Shown here piece after piece: positions 30,854 to 34,579 of a DNA stretch of 34,579 nucleotides. A program made the translations under genes and the position numbers. How positions within the stretch are numbered: position 1 is the first letter of the stretch; every line of letters starts with the position of its first letter. Source of the stretch: Prasinococcaceae sp. CCMP 1430 (Eukaryota > Plantae > Prasinodermophyta); the NCBI GenBank assembly GCA_013416795.1, contig RQSC01000056.1, positions 1 to 34,579 on the forward strand. The letters run 5' to 3'. The notes beneath the pieces were generated by a model, which did no database searches, had not been told where the DNA came from, and was given only the letters and a program-made list of their open reading frames with translations.

Positions 30854-31597
30854 CTAGCGAAGTGAGACCACGTACTCGCTGAGGCTCTTGAGGCTCTCAA
30901 TACCAACGGCGTGGTCCGAGGGAGCGGCTCGCCGCTCCACGTGCACGCTGCCGCTCGCGCCGTCGACTCGCCAGCCAGCGGCTGTGCAGCGCTCTGCGCA
31001 ATCCGCTTCGGGCAAGCCCAAGGCTTCGACACACTGCATGAGAAAGCGTGGAAGCACGCGGCGCGAGTCAGCCAGAGTCCGCCAGCATTCGAGCGCAACG
31101 TCCGCAAAGCTCGCGACCGCGTGCACTCGCACCTTGCCGAGCGCAATCGTGGTGTACGCCTGCCCGATGAGAGCGAGCGTGCGTTCCCTGAGCGCCTCTG
31201 CTACAGCCTCCGCCAGTGGCTTCATTGACGCGGACCATCCGTGGCTGGCCAGTATCCGCTGCGCACACACAGTGTCGCCACCCTCCATCGCGACGCCCAG
31301 CTCCCACGCGGCGCGAAGGTCAGCGTCGCTCTCGCGCGCGGCCTGCGGCGCACGCCTCAACACGAAGCGCGCATTGGACACATCGCCCGCGAGGAGGTAT
31401 GCGAGTACGTGCGCTGCCCGCAACGGCGCGTACGCGTTCGGCGCCGCAGGGCTTGGGGCGGCCGCCGCGCCCTCGAGCTCAGCCTCGCTGCACAGCGTCG
31501 CGAGTGCCGAGAAGTCGCGCGCGGTGAGCGCGGCGGCAGCGAGCGTCGCGGCGCCCCCCCCGCTACCGCTGCCACCACCGCCGCCCGTCGAGGCCAT
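30854..31597 (-). CDS. CSN8: COP9 signalosome subunit 8; join(31597..31133, 31033..30854), 214 aa
   Basis: LCSEAELEG, HVLAYLLAGDVSNARFVLRRAP, WSASMKPL, RTLALIGQAYTTI, GWRVD and LKSLSEYVVSL; 99-bp GTGCGA..CAG intron. Confidence 0.82.
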   Translation of the reverse strand: MASTGGGGGSGSGGGAATLAAAALTARDFSALATLCSEAELEGAAAAPSPAAPNAYAPLRAAHVLAYLLAGDVSNARFVLRRAPQAARESDADLRAAWELGVAMEGGDTVCAQRILASHGWSASMKPLAEAVAEALRERTLALIGQAYTTIALGKVRVHAVASFADVALECWRTLADSRRVLPRFLMQCVEALGLPEADCAERCTAAGWRVDGASGSVHVERRAAPSDHAVGIESLKSLSEYVVSLR

Positions 31598-31974
31598 GCC
31601 AAGGGCCACGCCCCGCTGCCGCGCGGGCAGCGCCCGCCTGGGATGGGGGCGCAGCGCTTGGCGCTGCGCGCGGAGTGTGGCGTCGCGCCGCTGGCGCTGG
31701 GTACCCTGAACAACCCATCAAAACGCACGCAACGCCCCCACGCACCCCGAGCGCGCACCCCCAACGGACCGGCCACACAGCGCACGCGGGCCGCGCCTGC
31801 AGAGGCCCGCACCCCGCGCCTTGCGTGGACAGGGGCGCGTGCGTCGACGGCAGGCGCAAGCCGGTGGCGGCCGGTGACGCTGAGGTGCGTGGACTGTGTG
31901 AAGGGGAGAGACTGCGGTGCCGCCGCAGATGCGTGCGCGGACGTGAGCGGCGAGCGCCGGCGAGGACGGGGGGG

Positions 31975-34053
31975 ATGTGCTCCTCTGCGGCGCTTGAGCG
32001 AGCGCTCGTCGTGGCGCTGCCGGTGAGCGTGTGGGACGGGAATGTCTATGAGACGCCAGCCGCGCCTCGCGGCCGGCGGCTGCTCTTGGTGGGCGCGCGC
32101 GTGGGGGCTGCGGCACCTGGGCCGCCGCCGCAACAAGGCGATGGCGGCACGGCCGTGTACATCGTGTACGGCGCTGTTCCGGAAGAGAGCGCACATGTTG
32201 GCGGCGACAGCGAGGCCTGCAGGCTGCGGGGTAGCCTGCAAGTCGTCGGCGAGCTCTTGGCGCCTAGCAGCTCTAGCGATGACGACGCTGGGCCGCGCAG
32301 CCCGCGCAGCGCCGAGGCGAGCGAAGGGCCTTGGGTGAGGCTGGAGCGCGTCCGTGGTGGTGTCCGCCTCCTTCACGCTCGGTGGCATGTGGGAGCCGAA
32401 GGCGACATGGACCCACCTTCGGTCGTGCTTGTGCGCTTCGACCCACCGGTGCAACGCGTGCGTGTGCCCTCCGTGTGCGCCGACGCTGGTGAGCATCCGG
32501 CGTCTGGGGCGGACAGTGGCACGTTGGTGGGCGCTCTGGCTGCGGCCGTGGACGGCGCCGCTGATGAGTGGGCTCGAATTTGCGGCGCGGCCGCGCTTCG
32601 GGGCGAGACTTGCAGTGCGCGTGCCGGAGCGTCAGGGCTGGTCGCTGTGCTCGCGCGCGGCGGCACGGCGGCGGCCGACGCGCTGGCCGCTCTCGGGCGC
32701 GCACACGCGAGCGCGAGGCGGACAGTGCACTCTGCCGCATGCGCCGTTGCCTTTTTCCCCGAGGTGGCGCGCTCCAAACGCTCGCCAGGCGGCGCAGGTG
32801 CCGTGCTGCCAGCGGTGCTGCGGCGCGTCGTGCGCCTGAGCGCCGTTGGGCAACACCTAGAGTGGCAGTGCCGCGCCGGGCTGGGGGAGCTCCCGGGGGG
32901 CGGCGAGGAGCCGCAGCAGCGTGGGAGCGACCTCGAGCGATTGCAGCACGAGCGAGCGCACGCGTTGCACCGCGGCGCCGACGGCATCCTCGGAATCGTG
33001 TGCGGCGTTTCGCTGCTGCTGTGGCGCCAGCAGATCGCGGCGCGCTGTGCCCGCGCCCTCGTGGCGACCCATGAGGTTCTCTACGGCGATTGGCTCGAGT
33101 GGTTGTCAGGCACGCCGGGCGGGCTCAAACTCAATCGCGAGCTTGCGACTGCGATCGTGTCCGTCGCGCGAGGCCTCGCAGACGTTGGAGTGGCTGTCGT
33201 GCGGGTGGCCTCTGGGCGCGCCCTCGATGCTGGCGCGTTCGCACGCTCTGAAGCCGCCGCGGATGGGGACACCGTGGCCGACGACGTCGCGCGGGCGTGC
33301 GCTGGCGCGCTGGCGTGCGTGTGCGCGACGTGCGGGGCGTCGCTGGGCGCGGCGGCGCTCGCGGACGTGCTCGCGGTGCTCGCCATGCCGCTGCGAGCAG
33401 TGGCGAGCGCGGTCGCGTTGGCAATGCACTTTCACCTGCGGCTGGTGGGCGCGCTCGTCAGCGTCGCGAGGGGACGAAAGTGGAACGCCGCGCGCGAGCG
33501 GTACGACGCGTACCACGCGGGCGAGGACGTGCTGATTGCGGGCGCGTTCGCGCTCACCGTGCTGCTGCTGCTGCTGCCGACGGCGCTCCTCTTCCACACC
33601 GCCCTGGCGTGCGCAACGCTCGCGTGCGCGTGCGTGCCGCTCGCCGCCGCGCAGCTGGCGGCCGCCGTGCTCGAGACCGCGGACACACACCTGCTGCCGC
33701 TCGCGGTGCTCTCGCCGGAGGCCTTTCGCGCGGGCGCGTCGCTCGTGCCGCTGCACCTGCCCGCCGGGCTCGGCGGGCGGCACGTCGGCGCGGCAAGGCT
33801 GGCGCTGCGCGCCGAACGCACGGGCGTGGCGCGCGTGGTGGTGGGCGGCCGCGCCAGGACGTCCCTGTACGCGCGCGGCGCGTGGCGGTGGCTCGTCGAC
33901 GCGGCGCTCGGTTCGGTGCTGTGCGGGCGACCGCCGAGCTCCGGCAGGGCCAGCTCGAGTGGCAGCAGCGACGAGCGGCGCATTGGCGTGCCCTTCGCGG
34001 TGGCCGGCGCGGCCGGAAGCGGCCTTCAAAACTGGTGGTGTGCTCGTGGCTAG
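31975..34053 (+). CDS. PIGQ: GPI-GlcNAc transferase subunit PIG-Q/GPI1, intronless, ~692 aa (start uncertain)
   Basis: EWLSGTPGGLKLNRELA and RGRKWNAARERYDAY...GAFALTVLLLLLPTALLFH (Gpi1 domain motifs). Confidence 0.85.
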   Translation: MCSSAALERALVVALPVSVWDGNVYETPAAPRGRRLLLVGARVGAAAPGPPPQQGDGGTAVYIVYGAVPEESAHVGGDSEACRLRGSLQVVGELLAPSSSSDDDAGPRSPRSAEASEGPWVRLERVRGGVRLLHARWHVGAEGDMDPPSVVLVRFDPPVQRVRVPSVCADAGEHPASGADSGTLVGALAAAVDGAADEWARICGAAALRGETCSARAGASGLVAVLARGGTAAADALAALGRAHASARRTVHSAACAVAFFPEVARSKRSPGGAGAVLPAVLRRVVRLSAVGQHLEWQCRAGLGELPGGGEEPQQRGSDLERLQHERAHALHRGADGILGIVCGVSLLLWRQQIAARCARALVATHEVLYGDWLEWLSGTPGGLKLNRELATAIVSVARGLADVGVAVVRVASGRALDAGAFARSEAAADGDTVADDVARACAGALACVCATCGASLGAAALADVLAVLAMPLRAVASAVALAMHFHLRLVGALVSVARGRKWNAARERYDAYHAGEDVLIAGAFALTVLLLLLPTALLFHTALACATLACACVPLAAAQLAAAVLETADTHLLPLAVLSPEAFRAGASLVPLHLPAGLGGRHVGAARLALRAERTGVARVVVGGRARTSLYARGAWRWLVDAALGSVLCGRPPSSGRASSSGSSDERRIGVPFAVAGAAGSGLQNWWCARG

Positions 34054-34399
34054 TTGTTTGTGTTCGGTTTCGTGCGAGGCGCGGTGGCGCGACGCGCCGG
34101 CGCCTTCGAGGACGCCGAGGACACCCTCGAGGACGCCGACGCCGCCCTCCTCGCTGCTTTCATTTTTTTTTTTTTGGTTTGGCGTTCTGTTGTTGCTCGT
34201 GCGGGCGCGCGGACACGCACACGCCGCGGTGGCCCTCAGTCGCGCGATGCGCGAGCGCGAGTGCCGGGCCGTGCGCGCGGAGGAGGTCGTGCAGCCCGCT
34301 GACACACCTGCCCGCGTGTCCCCGCCGACGTTGCGGGCGCGCGCGAGTCTCCCGGCTCCGCGGAGGAGCTCGTTGTCGGCTCCGTGGCGGAGACGCTCC

Positions 34400-34579
34400 T
34401 CATCCGACGACCTGCCAGGCGTTCCCGAGCTCGCTGTGCTCCACGGCGCCCTTGCGCCGCAGCACGGTCATGCGCCAGTGGTGCGCGCACCGCAGCGCGG
34501 CAAGCTGGCGCGCGGCGAAGTGGATGGCCGCCGCGGGCTCGCCGCCGAAGGCGACCGCGACGCGCGCGCGCAGCTTGGC
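34400..34579 (-). CDS. 3' end of an unidentified gene entering from beyond the window
   Basis: 60 codons with host-like GC3 (AKLRARVAVAFGGEPAAAIHFAARQLAALRCAHHWRMTVLRRKGAVEHSELGNAWQVVG*). No family recognised. Confidence 0.45.
   Translation of the reverse strand, partial: AKLRARVAVAFGGEPAAAIHFAARQLAALRCAHHWRMTVLRRKGAVEHSELGNAWQVVG

Noticed and set aside
23746-31132. Enrichment of stop-free 3n introns (174, 231 and 99 bp)
   Set aside because: Only about 4 of 14 well-defined introns are multiples of 3, as expected by chance, and stops are rare at this GC content.
5201-31132. Introner-type mobile introns as in Micromonas
   Set aside because: The introns share only donor, branch and acceptor consensus and simple repeats. 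I saw no extended similarity or terminal inverted repeats.
34054-34302. ORF with FEDAEDTLEDADAALL followed by T13 (34163-34175); also A11 at 17013-17023
   Set aside because: No ATG, no recognisable family, and no target-site duplication supporting a retrocopy. Probably UTR or promoter homopolymers.
1-34579. CRISPR arrays, rRNA/tRNA genes, transposases, viral genes
   Set aside because: No repeat-spacer periodicity, RNA-gene motifs or mobile-element protein motifs were seen.

Overview
This is eukaryotic nuclear DNA, very GC-rich and gene-dense, with short GT-AG introns (mostly GTGCG/GTGAG donors, CTGAC-type branch points, CA/CT/GA microsatellites). Plastid-targeted plant-type genes (an FtsHi2-like N-terminus, a chloroplast-envelope-type small protein, DEL/E2F, GCR1-like) together with ARL3 and Tctex-1 point to a prasinophyte-grade green alga (inference). 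About 20 genes or gene fragments are recognisable: a cpYpsA/SLOG (putative Mo-carrier) gene, condensin CAP-D2, a secreted saposin-like protein, an Aa_trans transporter, a RluA pseudouridine synthase, a ~2300-aa coiled-coil protein, an FtsHi2-like fragment, a JmjC fragment, DEL/E2F, TLC-domain and CRAL-TRIO proteins, an AP-5-mu-like gene, an MGCGAS lipid-anchored orphan, a GCR1-like 7TM, Tctex-1, ARL3, CSN8 and PIG-Q. Three structures stand out. (i) A 3.3-kb end-less CAP-D2 segment sits exactly inside the cpYpsA gene between 8-bp direct repeats. (ii) A 363-bp alphaproteobacterial-type DXS fragment sits in frame inside an apparent host exon. (iii) A complete plus-strand gene appears nested in a ~1.5-kb antisense intron of the AP-5-mu-like gene. 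Single-N joins and a 394-N gap show the assembly is fragmented, so (i), (ii) and the truncated genes could be mis-joins; raw long reads are decisive. I found no RNA genes, CRISPR arrays or transposase ORFs. All family calls come from motif recognition by eye, not database searches.
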